Shown: positions 29,567 through 42,207, counted from the stretch's first letter. The stretch: DNA of 64,000 bases from Candidatus Poribacteria bacterium (GCA_965215265.1 OZ244048.1:1888001-1952000), one strand, 5' to 3'. The notes: generated by a model from the sequence alone, not told the origin. Numbers and translations are program-made.

Positions 29567-29854
29567 CATTCTTTCCTTTCACATTTTTTTGGTGTGCGAA
29601 TCCAATATATTAATAATACTTCATTTTTTCGTGGATGTCAAATTTTTCTTGATTAAAATTTCAATTTTAAGGCATAATAGAATTTGAAAAAAAATTGTGT
29701 CAAAATTTAAATTTGATCGGATGGAAAAATGTTAGAATATAGTTATAAACCACATTTATATCGGTTTTTCAAGAAAGCTTCTGAGCAAGATTCGTTTTCA
29801 AGGAGCAAAGTATTTAGTGAACTTTATGGAAATAGGACTTAGGAATAGACACGC

Positions 29855-31192
29855 ATGCGGCAACTACTTCCCCAACTCTGGTTAGAAATATTGGAAGAAA
29901 TTGGCGATCAAGCTGGGCAAGATGTCTATCTCCGCCAGGCGGTCCCTTTTTCTTTATCTACAGATGCATTGAATCTGGAGGTTCCCTCCTTATACACGCA
30001 GGATCGAATTGAGGGGCGCTATGGTCCCGAAATCCGGCGTGCCCTAGCCTCGCGCATGGGTGAACAATGCCAATTAATTTTCACGATTAACGAGACGGCA
30101 CAAGCAGAGATTAGCGAGGCGACATCGGAAGGCACTGCCGCAAATGCCTACCCAAACGAGGAAACCGGGCTGAATCCGAAGTACCTTTTTGAAAGGTTCA
30201 TCGTCGGGTCCAGCAACCGTATCTGTCACGCAGCAGCTTTAAGGGTATCAGAAAATCCGGGTCAAGACTACAATCCACTATTTATCTATGGCGGTGTAGG
30301 TTTAGGCAAAACGCATTTGCTACATGCGATTGGAAATCGGCTCCAAGTTACACAGCCGCAAAAGAAGGTCTTGTATGTGACTTCTGAAACGTTTATGAAT
30401 GAATATGTAGAGTCTATCGCGAATCGCGCCACGGCACAAGGATTCCGTGCAAAGTACCGGACGGTGGATATGCTCCTGATTGATGACATTCAGTTTTTAC
30501 AACGAAAAGAAGGCACACAAGAAGAATTTTTCAATACCTTCAACCACTTACATTTGAACTCAAACCAGATTGTCATGAGCAGTGATCGGCCGCCGGCTAC
30601 TCTTAGAACGCTTGAGGAACGTCTAAAATCCCGGTTTGAATGGGGGATGGTAGCCGAAATTGACCGGCCGCAGTACGAAATGCGCATCGCTATCCTCCGG
30701 CAAAAATGCGAAGACCAGGGATTAGACAACCTAAACGATGATGTACTCAGTTACATCGCTGAAGTTGTCTCTACCAACATCCGAGAACTAGAAGGCACAC
30801 TGACGCGCCTCATGGCGCAAGCGAGTATTTTGAAAGAAGATCTAAACCTCGATTTTGCAAGACGAGTCTTGAACGATGTCTCTTCGCATGATATTTCGCT
30901 ACAGCGGAGAACTGCCACACCACAAGGAATTCAAAAAGCAGTTGCAGACTATTTCAGGCTTGAACCGGATGACTTGATCTCTCACAAACGGACAAAAGCA
31001 CTTGTGCTACCGCGCCAAATCGCTATGTACCTTTGTAGGGAATTGACGCAGATGTCACTTACCGATATTGCAACTGTCTTTAACAGGCAGAATCATACCA
31101 CGGTACTCCACGCTTGCACGCGGATTGAAGACTCTTCACAAGATGAAGAATTAAAGCGAATCCTTGACGAACTGCGCGACCAATTCAGATAA
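29855..31192 (+). CDS. dnaA: Chromosomal replication initiator DnaA
   Basis: YNPLFIYGGVGLGKTHL, LLIDDIQF, RLKSRFEWG, NIRELEG, RQIAMYL and HTTVLHA motifs. Confidence 0.98.
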   Translation: MRQLLPQLWLEILEEIGDQAGQDVYLRQAVPFSLSTDALNLEVPSLYTQDRIEGRYGPEIRRALASRMGEQCQLIFTINETAQAEISEATSEGTAANAYPNEETGLNPKYLFERFIVGSSNRICHAAALRVSENPGQDYNPLFIYGGVGLGKTHLLHAIGNRLQVTQPQKKVLYVTSETFMNEYVESIANRATAQGFRAKYRTVDMLLIDDIQFLQRKEGTQEEFFNTFNHLHLNSNQIVMSSDRPPATLRTLEERLKSRFEWGMVAEIDRPQYEMRIAILRQKCEDQGLDNLNDDVLSYIAEVVSTNIRELEGTLTRLMAQASILKEDLNLDFARRVLNDVSSHDISLQRRTATPQGIQKAVADYFRLEPDDLISHKRTKALVLPRQIAMYLCRELTQMSLTDIATVFNRQNHTTVLHACTRIEDSSQDEELKRILDELRDQFR

Positions 31193-31249
31193 TTTAATTT
31201 ATCATAAATCAGGGTTTCATGGACAAACTCATAGCGGTACATTAGTCAA

Positions 31250-31515
31250 TTTCCTGTTGATAACCTGTGCATAAGTCCTTGACAAATTGTGCATAACTTG
31301 TTAATAACTTGTGCATAACTTAAATTAAACTGCCTCCTGTTGATAACTTGTGCATAACTCTTAAAGTTATCAACAGGTTATCAACAGGTATTTTGCTTAG
31401 TACCACAAAGGTTCATGCCACTTATGCACTTATGCACACCCCCTACTAATACTACTAAAGTACAATTTATATATTAATTGTAACTAGTAACAATAATAGA
31501 AATGTGCATAATTCA
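31250..31515. other. Replication origin oriC: ~12 DnaA boxes, DnaA-trios and AT-rich DUE
   Basis: TGTGCATAA/TGTT(G/A)ATAA at 31255, 31266, 31288, 31299, 31310, 31338, 31349 and 31503; TTATCAACA at 31367 and 31378; TTATGCAC(T/A) at 31422 and 31430, followed by CCCC and TAC TAA TAC TAC TAA trios (31444-31458). Confidence 0.92.
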
Positions 31516-31617
31516 CGCTTAAAATTGTTTGACAAACACACATTACACTCTGATTATTGAATCAGGGAATTCTCCTTTCCATATCGCTTTTGCGATTGGG
31601 AAAGGGGGAAGGAAAAA

Positions 31618-32841
31618 ATGAATTTAACACACATTGTCTTACGCAACTTCCGTAACTATGTTAATTGCGAAGTCAATTTTCCGAAGCCTGTTAATTTAAT
31701 TATTGGCGGGAACGCGCACGGAAAGACCAGTCTACTTGAAGCAATCTATTTTCTCTGTACGGCAGAATCCCATCGTGCCTATCCTGATGCAGAATTGATT
31801 CGGCATAACGAGGCTGGATTTTATCTCAAAGGCGTGTTCAACAGTTGTGATGATAATGTGACATTTCTTGAAGCGATGAAATCAGCAAACGGGCAGTTTA
31901 AACTAAAAAAGAACGGCGTGCTTCAAGCCAAACGTTCTGAATGGATGGGACAGTTCAATGTAGTTTTTTTCTCCCCGGAGTCGTTGACTTTAGTAAAAGG
32001 TGCCCCTGTTGAACGAAGAAGATTTTTAGACTTGTTGATTTCACAAGTCGATCGGGCGTATTTAACACATTTACAGAAGTATCGGTTTGTGCTCAAACAG
32101 CGTAATGAACTGTTAAAGCAGATTCGGGCTGGGAATGCAAATGCAGCACAGTTGTGTGCTTGGGATGAACTTCTGGTTCAATATGGCACAGAGCTTATTT
32201 TCAGGCGCTTAGTCGTGCTGAATCAGTTGAAAATGTACGCGCTCCAAAAGCAGGTGGAACTTACTGGCGGGCGCGAAAAGTTAGTCTTAACGTACCGTGC
32301 TGCTTGGTGTAATCAGGAATATACTTTGCCAGATGTTCCAACAGCGGATAAACTTGAAGAATCTCACTGCTCACATAAACTCTTAATAGACATTAATCGG
32401 ACACCAGAACTCTTGGGACAGATATCTCGTGAATTCAGTAAAGCACTGGGGGCATCCCAGTCCACTGATTTGCGGCGCGGAACCACATCCATTGGACCAC
32501 ACCGCGATGATGTGCAGCTTGAATTAGAGATGCACCGGAATGGGTTTATTCTTCGTGAGGTCGCGCGGGCTTACGGTTCGCAAGGGCAACAACGAACTAT
32601 TGCCTTGGCACTGAAACTGGCAGAGTTGGAATTCATACGAGAAACAATCGGGCGGCCGCCTATTGTGCTTTTAGATGATGTAATCTCTGAACTTGATTAC
32701 AAGCGGACTGCATTTTTATTGGATGTACTGCAAAATTTGAGTACGCAAACTTTTATAACTGCTACACAGCAAGAATCCTTTGTAAACCATCTTGATGAAC
32801 CTTGCATCTTAACAGTAGAGAACGGGCACATTGTTATGTAG
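31618..32841 (+). CDS. recF: DNA replication/repair protein RecF
   Basis: NFRNY, GGNAHGKT, GAPVERRRFLD, GPHRDD, GSQGQQR and LLDDVISELD motifs. Confidence 0.96.
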   Translation: MNLTHIVLRNFRNYVNCEVNFPKPVNLIIGGNAHGKTSLLEAIYFLCTAESHRAYPDAELIRHNEAGFYLKGVFNSCDDNVTFLEAMKSANGQFKLKKNGVLQAKRSEWMGQFNVVFFSPESLTLVKGAPVERRRFLDLLISQVDRAYLTHLQKYRFVLKQRNELLKQIRAGNANAAQLCAWDELLVQYGTELIFRRLVVLNQLKMYALQKQVELTGGREKLVLTYRAAWCNQEYTLPDVPTADKLEESHCSHKLLIDINRTPELLGQISREFSKALGASQSTDLRRGTTSIGPHRDDVQLELEMHRNGFILREVARAYGSQGQQRTIALALKLAELEFIRETIGRPPIVLLDDVISELDYKRTAFLLDVLQNLSTQTFITATQQESFVNHLDEPCILTVENGHIVM

Positions 32842-32869
32842 TTTGCTTGTTGATGAAGAGGAGAAACGG

Positions 32870-33463
32870 ATGAAAAAGACTGAGAATATTGATAAGGTGG
32901 TTGATGCGTTAATACGGAAACGTAACTTTGAGCCGAAGATGCTTGAGCAGAAAGTTTTTGAGCTTTGGCGATTGCGGGTTGGGAATGTGCTTGCTAATCA
33001 TACATACCCCGTCTCTCTTTCCGAGGGGATTCTCACCGTGTATACTGAATATCCTGCCTATAAGACCGAACTCTCTTTTCAAAAAACGAAAATTATAGCA
33101 GACCTGAATGCCCAGTTGAATAAACCTATCCTCACAGACCTCCGCCTGGAACTTCGGCAATCGTCTTTTTCGTCACGAGATAGGCGAAGGCAAAGCACGT
33201 CTACTGAGATTGAAGTCCGAAAAAACGCATCCTCTAATTCTAATAAGGTAGTCCTAAAGTCTGATACGTTAGACCGAATTGAGCAGGTGCTGATAGATAT
33301 AACTGATGAAACTTTAAGAACTGCACTGCGGCAGCTCTTTATCTCACAATCGCAAGCGGAAGTGACACAAAAACAACGGAGTGAGCTTCCAGTTGAGATA
33401 ATTCCTGAAAATAATAGAGGCGATTCCGGAAAAAATATGTCTCACCGGCGCAGTGCCTTATGA
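32870..33463 (+). CDS. DUF721/DciA family protein
   Basis: W..RVG..LANHTYPV...GILTV...ELSFQKTKII..LN; canonical position between recF and gyrB. Confidence 0.8.
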   Translation: MKKTENIDKVVDALIRKRNFEPKMLEQKVFELWRLRVGNVLANHTYPVSLSEGILTVYTEYPAYKTELSFQKTKIIADLNAQLNKPILTDLRLELRQSSFSSRDRRRQSTSTEIEVRKNASSNSNKVVLKSDTLDRIEQVLIDITDETLRTALRQLFISQSQAEVTQKQRSELPVEIIPENNRGDSGKNMSHRRSAL

Positions 33464-33533
33464 ACCGTATTCTATGAAGTTTATATAGCAGACAATTTAT
33501 TGTGTATAGTTATTGCTTTTTTTAGATTTTATC

Positions 33534-33563
33534 TTGACAAAGGCATTAAAATTATGTTAAAAT
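33534..33563 (+). promoter_or_regulatory. Sigma70-type promoter for gyrB
   Basis: TTGACA-18bp-TAAAAT with TG extension in AT-rich intergenic DNA. Confidence 0.55.
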
Positions 33564-33655
33564 TAGTTTAGTAATTTATTAAAGTTATCGATATTTTTAA
33601 TATATCACGATTACCTCAGAAGTCTTACGAGGCTGAATCACAATACATAACATAA

Positions 33656-36106
<2,451 letters not shown>

Positions 36107-36128
36107 ATCTCTACAGTTTAGATACTAA

Positions 36129-36203
36129 ACATCGAACGGCTCAGACGAGATTTTCACACGAGTTATGATTACCTAGACGTTGATGGGGCTGAAATATACA
36201 AAA
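36129..36203 (+). repeat. R2 dispersed repeat between gyrB and gyrA
   Basis: Aligns with 17756-17828. Confidence 0.8.
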
Positions 36204-36205
36204 AT

Positions 36206-38677
36206 ATGTTAGAACACAAAGACGAAAACATTATTGTTCGCAATATTGAAAACGAACTCAAGACTTCATATTTAACATACGCTATGAGTGTTAATACCAA
36301 CCGGGCGATACCGGATGTCCGTGATGGGCTCAAACCGAGCACACGGCGGATCCTCTACGCCATGAAACAGATTAACCTCACCGCGAATCGTCCCTACGAC
36401 AAATGCGCCGCTGTTGTCGGGGAAGTGATGAAGAACTTTCACCCACATGGCGATGGGCCGATTTATGGGACGCTCGTCGGCATGGCGCAAGAATTCAACA
36501 CTCGCTATCCTCTCATAGATGGGCAAGGCAACTTTGGCAGTATTGACGACGACCCGCCGGGCGCAATGCGTTACACCGAATGCCGGCTCGCCAAAATTTC
36601 TGACGAGATGCTGGTCGATATTGAGAAGCAGGTTGTCGATTTTCAACCCAACTATAAAGACTCATTGGAGGAACCGACTGTCCTCCCTGGGCTGTTGCCT
36701 AATCTACTGGTTAACGGGACAACCGGTATTGGTGTCGGCTACCTCACTCGGATTCCGCCGCATAACCTGAGTGAAGTTGTAGATGCGCTCCTCTGCAAAT
36801 TAGAAAATCCAGATGCAGAGGTTGATACGATTCTGGAACATCTCCCGGGGCCTGATTTCCCGACTGCTGGCAGCATTGTTGGTACCCAAGGAATCCAAAA
36901 TCTGTATCGGACAGGGAGAGGCAGCATTACGCTCCGTGCACGCGCAGTTATTGAGCGGACGCGCACCGGGCGCAAAACCGAGAGAGAACAAATAGTCATC
37001 ACCGAAATTCCGTATCAAGTGAAGAAAAACCAACTCTTGGAGCGGATGTACCAGCTCGTTATCAATAAAACCATTACAGGCATTTCTGACATCCGCGATG
37101 AATCTGATACTAATATCCGCATCATCATTGAACTCAAGCGCGGGGAGGTAGCACAAGTTATCCTCAACCAATTGTTCAAGCACACCCAGATGCAAACAAA
37201 TTTCAGTGCAATCTTCTTATGCCTCGTGGATGGACTTCCGAAAGTGTTGACGCTTCCGGAAATTCTGCATGACTATCTTGCCCATCGGCGAAACGTCATC
37301 CGGCGGCGTACTGAATTTGAACTCGTGCGGGCTGAACGCCGTGCACATATTTTGGAAGGGTACCTCCTTGCGTTGCAACACCTTGAAGAGATTATTGAGT
37401 TAGTACAAACGGCTGAATCGCCACAATCCGCCCATCAACAACTCTGTGACAATTACGAGCTCAGTGAGCAACAAGCTAGTGAAATATTAACCATGACACT
37501 TCGTCAACTCACTGGGCTTGAACGGCAACGTCTTCGTGATGAGTACACTGAGTTGCTTGAGATAATCGCTGAACTTCGAGCGCTGCTCGGTAGTGAGGCA
37601 CTCATCACCGATATTATCCGCACCGAATTGGAGGGACTGAAAGAGACTTATGGGGATGAACGGCGGACGCTAATTACAGATGCTGTCAAAGACTTTGATA
37701 TTGAAGATCTCATCCCTGATGAAGAGATGGTTGTCACCCTATCGCATGCTGGGTATCTCAAACGTCTCCCTATTGACACCTACCGGACGCAGCATCGTGG
37801 GGGTGTGGGTGTCAAGGGCGCGGTTACCAAGGACGGTGACTTCTTAGAGCATCTGTTCATCGCCTCTGCCCATCAATACATCCTATTTTTTACGGATATG
37901 GGCAAATGTTATTGGCTTAAAGTGTTTGAGGTTCCCGAAGGGAGTCGCACGGCTGCCGGCAGAGCCGTTGTCAATCTGCTTCGGTTGGCATCCGATGAGA
38001 AGATTACAGCGTTCGTGCTTGTGCGCGAGTTTGACGAAGATCAATTCATCTTTATGACAACCGAAAAAGGCATTGTTAAAAAGACGAACCTCTCCCAATT
38101 TCAGAATCCGCTGGCGAGTGGCATCATCGCTATTAATCTTGACAAAGACGACCGGCTCATTGGAGCACAACTCACGGATGGCACTGTCGATATACTGCTT
38201 GTGACGTATCACGGGATTGCTATCCGTTTTAGTGAAAATGACGTGCGAGCCATGGGCCGTAATACGCGCGGTGTCCGTGGTATTGAGCTGCAAAAACAGG
38301 ATTACGTTGTTCAGATGGTCGTTGCCACTACGGACACAGATGCAGAAGAGGATAGGGAGGCAAGTGCGAACGATACACTCCTCATTGTCACTGAGAATGG
38401 ATACGGGAAACGCACTGAGGTTTCCGCGTACCGTTCCCAAAAGCGCGGCGGTAAAGGTGTACTTGCGATTAAAAAATCTGCGCGCAACGGTGCTACTGTT
38501 GCTGCCAAGCGCGTCACGGATACCGATGAGCTCGTCTTTGTCAGTTCAAGCGGGTACGTAACCCGCATCGCCACGTGCGATATCCGATGCATCGGCAGAA
38601 CAACACAAGGCGTACGCCTCATGACACTCCAACCCGAGGAAACCCTCGTTGATGTTGGCAAAATTGTCGGTGGATGA
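36206..38677 (+). CDS. gyrA: DNA gyrase subunit A
   Basis: RDGLKP, HPHGD, AMRYTE; GyrA-box QHRGGVG; CTD pinwheel repeats. Confidence 0.97.
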   Translation: MLEHKDENIIVRNIENELKTSYLTYAMSVNTNRAIPDVRDGLKPSTRRILYAMKQINLTANRPYDKCAAVVGEVMKNFHPHGDGPIYGTLVGMAQEFNTRYPLIDGQGNFGSIDDDPPGAMRYTECRLAKISDEMLVDIEKQVVDFQPNYKDSLEEPTVLPGLLPNLLVNGTTGIGVGYLTRIPPHNLSEVVDALLCKLENPDAEVDTILEHLPGPDFPTAGSIVGTQGIQNLYRTGRGSITLRARAVIERTRTGRKTEREQIVITEIPYQVKKNQLLERMYQLVINKTITGISDIRDESDTNIRIIIELKRGEVAQVILNQLFKHTQMQTNFSAIFLCLVDGLPKVLTLPEILHDYLAHRRNVIRRRTEFELVRAERRAHILEGYLLALQHLEEIIELVQTAESPQSAHQQLCDNYELSEQQASEILTMTLRQLTGLERQRLRDEYTELLEIIAELRALLGSEALITDIIRTELEGLKETYGDERRTLITDAVKDFDIEDLIPDEEMVVTLSHAGYLKRLPIDTYRTQHRGGVGVKGAVTKDGDFLEHLFIASAHQYILFFTDMGKCYWLKVFEVPEGSRTAAGRAVVNLLRLASDEKITAFVLVREFDEDQFIFMTTEKGIVKKTNLSQFQNPLASGIIAINLDKDDRLIGAQLTDGTVDILLVTYHGIAIRFSENDVRAMGRNTRGVRGIELQKQDYVVQMVVATTDTDAEEDREASANDTLLIVTENGYGKRTEVSAYRSQKRGGKGVLAIKKSARNGATVAAKRVTDTDELVFVSSSGYVTRIATCDIRCIGRTTQGVRLMTLQPEETLVDVGKIVGG

Positions 38678-38723
38678 GGTAAAACCTATACCTTTTCCCA
38701 CCGATTCAATCGGAGAAAACATT

Positions 38724-40313
38724 ATGAAACCGTTCCGGATTGCTATCTGTATCATTCTTTTTGCGTGTTATAGTGCCTTCGCGGACAGCACGCCTTCCTT
38801 GGAAAGCCCGCTTGTTGTCTCAGTCAACCCATTCTCACCGGCCGTTGAACGCGATACTACGAACTGGACCCAGTTGATGTGGGCTGTCTATTGTGGCGCG
38901 CATCCCCCAAAAATTCGGCAGAGTCGAGCCGCTTACGATTCTATCATCGTGGCGTTTGATAGCATGCCTGACGGTTCCGGCCGATTGGAAACCGGGGAAA
39001 AAAGCTTCATTTATACACAGCGCGCGATCCTTCGCTTCCATCGGTTGCAGGACATCCGCGGCGCGAAAGCGGATTGTGAACAGGCGATTGAACTCAACCC
39101 AGGAAATGTCCAGGCGACTTGGATGCTTGCCCGCGTTTTCCATCAACTGACGTTGGCCTCTATTCGCACCGGCAAACAGACAGAAACCGGGGCCGCTTTG
39201 TTAGAGCAACTCATAACGACTTTAAAACGGGTTATCGAATTAGACGCAGACCACGCCGAAGCACATGAAATGCTCTTTCGCTTTGCCGAATACCTTGGCC
39301 ATACTGAACTTGCCATGACTTCTCTTAAAGCACTCACTCGTATTCTGACTTTTGACCCGCAATTCCATCTACGGTTGAGTGAATTATATGAGGAGGTAGG
39401 GCAGCTGCCTGAAGCGATTAAGAGTTATGAACGCATTGTCACTATCAATCCCCAAGATGCCAGTCACCGGAACCGTCTGGGGCAACTCTATCTACAAATG
39501 AACGATTTTGAGAACGCCGTTACTGCTTTCAACACCGTTTTTGCATTAGTTGCACCGCAACAAGCGACATTGAAAACGGAAGGCACGCTGCAAATTGAAT
39601 TAGATGCGCTGTTCGGCATCGGCATTGCCTATCAAGGTATTGAAGACTTCACTAAATCGGAAATCCATCTTTTGAAGGCAATTGAGCTCACCGCTGAACA
39701 GGTAAGAAACACGCGGAATCGCTCTGCCCGTGCTGATTTACGGCACCGGATTCGAGAGGTTCAATACGCCTTGGGGCAGGTATACCTTCAGTTTGAAGAG
39801 AAAGATGGTACTCAGAAAGCACTGAACACCTTTGCTTCTATTTTGGAAACCGCGCCGCAGCATGTGGGTGCGAACTACGGTAGCGGCATTGCACATCAGT
39901 TGTTAGGCAATGCTGCAGAGGCTGAGACATATCTGCAGAAGGCGATTTCGCTGTCTGCCAAACCGATTCCGGATGCCTATAATGCGTTAGGCTACCTCTA
40001 TGCACAACAAGGCATCAAATTAGATGAAGCTGCTTCTCTCGTTGAACAGGCGCTCCGTGCTGCGCCTACATCAGGAGCGTACCTTGATAGTTTGGGAGTC
40101 ATCTATTTCAAACAGGGGCACCTTGATGCCGCCATCGAAACCTTAGAAAAAGCTGACCGGTATTTACCCAATACGCCCGACATCCTTTTGCACCTTGGCG
40201 AGGCTTATCTAAAAAAAGGGTGGGCACCGAAGGCACGTCAAGTTTTTGAACGCGCACTTGAGATTGCACCGGAGAATACCGAACTCCAAAATAAACTTGA
40301 TGCAATTGAGTAA
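38724..40313 (+). CDS. Exported tetratricopeptide-repeat protein
   Basis: Signal peptide; many TPRs; AYNALGYLYA...AYLDSLG motif. Confidence 0.85.
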   Translation: MKPFRIAICIILFACYSAFADSTPSLESPLVVSVNPFSPAVERDTTNWTQLMWAVYCGAHPPKIRQSRAAYDSIIVAFDSMPDGSGRLETGEKSFIYTQRAILRFHRLQDIRGAKADCEQAIELNPGNVQATWMLARVFHQLTLASIRTGKQTETGAALLEQLITTLKRVIELDADHAEAHEMLFRFAEYLGHTELAMTSLKALTRILTFDPQFHLRLSELYEEVGQLPEAIKSYERIVTINPQDASHRNRLGQLYLQMNDFENAVTAFNTVFALVAPQQATLKTEGTLQIELDALFGIGIAYQGIEDFTKSEIHLLKAIELTAEQVRNTRNRSARADLRHRIREVQYALGQVYLQFEEKDGTQKALNTFASILETAPQHVGANYGSGIAHQLLGNAAEAETYLQKAISLSAKPIPDAYNALGYLYAQQGIKLDEAASLVEQALRAAPTSGAYLDSLGVIYFKQGHLDAAIETLEKADRYLPNTPDILLHLGEAYLKKGWAPKARQVFERALEIAPENTELQNKLDAIE

Positions 40314-40361
40314 TTCTTGTGTGTAGCAATTTCCGTATGTGTTCAATTTATTAGGGCAAAT

Positions 40362-42092
40362 ATGCGACAAAGAGTGATACTGCTTGTTATCTTTACGATG
40401 ATTCTCATCCCGCACCTTGGCATTGCTTTCCGCTGCGGCACGCCGGATTTGACACCTATGGTGAATCTGCAGATGGACGAGGAGATGTTACATGCAGCGA
40501 CCGCGCCAGCACTGCTGCTTCCTATTGGTACTGAACGTACCTTCTTCGCGCCCGATTTTCGCAGCATGCAACCGTACACCGTGATGTCTGTCTTACGGGC
40601 TGTAGGCAAATACTGTTATGTTTTTGTAGAAGAATCTGAGTGGGAGACGCGTGTCACGCCGAGCATCGTCACGGACATTGTTAGAGTTTTTGACGATGCT
40701 ACCGCTACACAACCCCGCGGCATCTATCCCATTTTGACAGACGTGTTCGGCGCACCGCCCGATATTGATGCCAATGGCCGTATTATCTTACTTCTCCTTA
40801 ATATCCGCGATGCATCCGAAAACGGTAGCACGTACACCGCAGGTTTTTTCAACCCGGCTGACCAGCAGCGCGGTGTCCTCCGTCACCCCGGTGCCCGCGG
40901 ACTTGCTATCCGTAGTAACGTTGCTGACATGCTCTATATTGATACGAATCCGCTCCCAATCAATACACCACATGTGCACAACGTCATTGCTCATGAACTT
41001 CAACATCTTATTCATTGGCGACATGACCGTCGAGAAGCTATTTGGGTGGATGAGGGTTGTGCAGACTATGCTTCTTTTCTCTGTGGCTATTTCTCACACG
41101 AACACATCGCTGCCTTTGAGAAAACGCCTAATATTTCCCTCACCAGCTGGCCAACAAACACAAACACTTCCCTTGCCCACTATGGTGCTGCTTTCTTATG
41201 GATGCTTTACCTCCATGAACACTACGGTGGCACAGAGACCGTCGCTTCAATCGTGCATCATCCGGGTACTTCTGTTGATGGTATTGCTGATGTTCTTCGT
41301 GCACGCGGATTCCTGAATGGAACGCAAACACGTCTGCCGTGGCGTGGTACTTGGAAAGTTCAACTTGGCGAAAACAAAATCACTACACTCGCCGATATCT
41401 TCGTAGATTGGAAACTCGCTAACTTTCTTTCTGGCTACACCGTTATAGGCCCCCTAACCCTCAGCCTTACACAAATGCATAGGGACTATCCTTATCAAGG
41501 TAAAGGGGCCGCGCTGCCATCCGCCGCCGACTTCCTTCAATTTGAGTTTCCGAACCCAGGTGAAACGCTCACTCTCCGCTTTGCCGGCAGGTCCTCGGCT
41601 GCTAACCAATGGGCAGTTCATCTTATTGAATATCATCCCGGTGCTGATATTCACATTAGAGAAATGCCTTTGGCAAATACACAGTCGGGTACTTTGAGCG
41701 TGAGCCCTGCTGCTACCTATGCCATCCTTATCCCGAGTTTGCAGGGTTCGGACAGCACTGAAAAAAGTATCCCGTATGAATACAGTGCTACCCGTGGCGG
41801 CAATATCACCTTTACTACGGCTGTGCTGCCCAACCCTGTACATCCACATTATTGGGACATTGTCGCGCAACCTAGTGAGCGGTTTATCGGGCTAATTCCA
41901 ACTATCACGCTCTACTATCTCCATCGGCAAACCGGCGTTGAGCAGATTCCTATGCGGCTCATACCTCACCGCACCCAATATCGATATACGGTTCGGTTGG
42001 AACCAACACAAGCCCCTACTGATGTCACGTGGCAGCTATTTCTGGATGCGCGGCTTGTTGAAGAGGGGACTTTAAGTGATATTCCGAAGTAA
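40362..42092 (+). CDS. Secreted zinc metallopeptidase (M30/hyicolysin-like)
   Basis: Signal peptide; DIDANGRI; GFF; IAHELQHLIH...WVDEG zincin motif. Confidence 0.75.
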   Translation: MRQRVILLVIFTMILIPHLGIAFRCGTPDLTPMVNLQMDEEMLHAATAPALLLPIGTERTFFAPDFRSMQPYTVMSVLRAVGKYCYVFVEESEWETRVTPSIVTDIVRVFDDATATQPRGIYPILTDVFGAPPDIDANGRIILLLLNIRDASENGSTYTAGFFNPADQQRGVLRHPGARGLAIRSNVADMLYIDTNPLPINTPHVHNVIAHELQHLIHWRHDRREAIWVDEGCADYASFLCGYFSHEHIAAFEKTPNISLTSWPTNTNTSLAHYGAAFLWMLYLHEHYGGTETVASIVHHPGTSVDGIADVLRARGFLNGTQTRLPWRGTWKVQLGENKITTLADIFVDWKLANFLSGYTVIGPLTLSLTQMHRDYPYQGKGAALPSAADFLQFEFPNPGETLTLRFAGRSSAANQWAVHLIEYHPGADIHIREMPLANTQSGTLSVSPAATYAILIPSLQGSDSTEKSIPYEYSATRGGNITFTTAVLPNPVHPHYWDIVAQPSERFIGLIPTITLYYLHRQTGVEQIPMRLIPHRTQYRYTVRLEPTQAPTDVTWQLFLDARLVEEGTLSDIPK

Positions 42093-42178
42093 CCGGCACG
42101 GGTGCATCTGCACTTGTGATGTTTCAAGCGATGGATGCTTTATCACTTCCGCACAGAAAAATTAGCCGCGAATTAAAA

Positions 42179-42207
42179 TTGACTTTCTTAACGATTTTTT
42201 ATAGAAT
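42179..42207 (+). promoter_or_regulatory. Sigma70-type promoter
   Basis: TTGACT-17bp-TAGAAT upstream of CAGGAGG RBS. Confidence 0.6.

Noticed and set aside
29417-29656. 79-aa plus-strand ORF
   Set aside because: Antisense to the clearly recognisable rpmH.
31250-31440. Plasmid iterons or a novel tandem repeat
   Set aside because: The units are DnaA-box variants between dnaA and recF, with a trio module: a chromosomal oriC.
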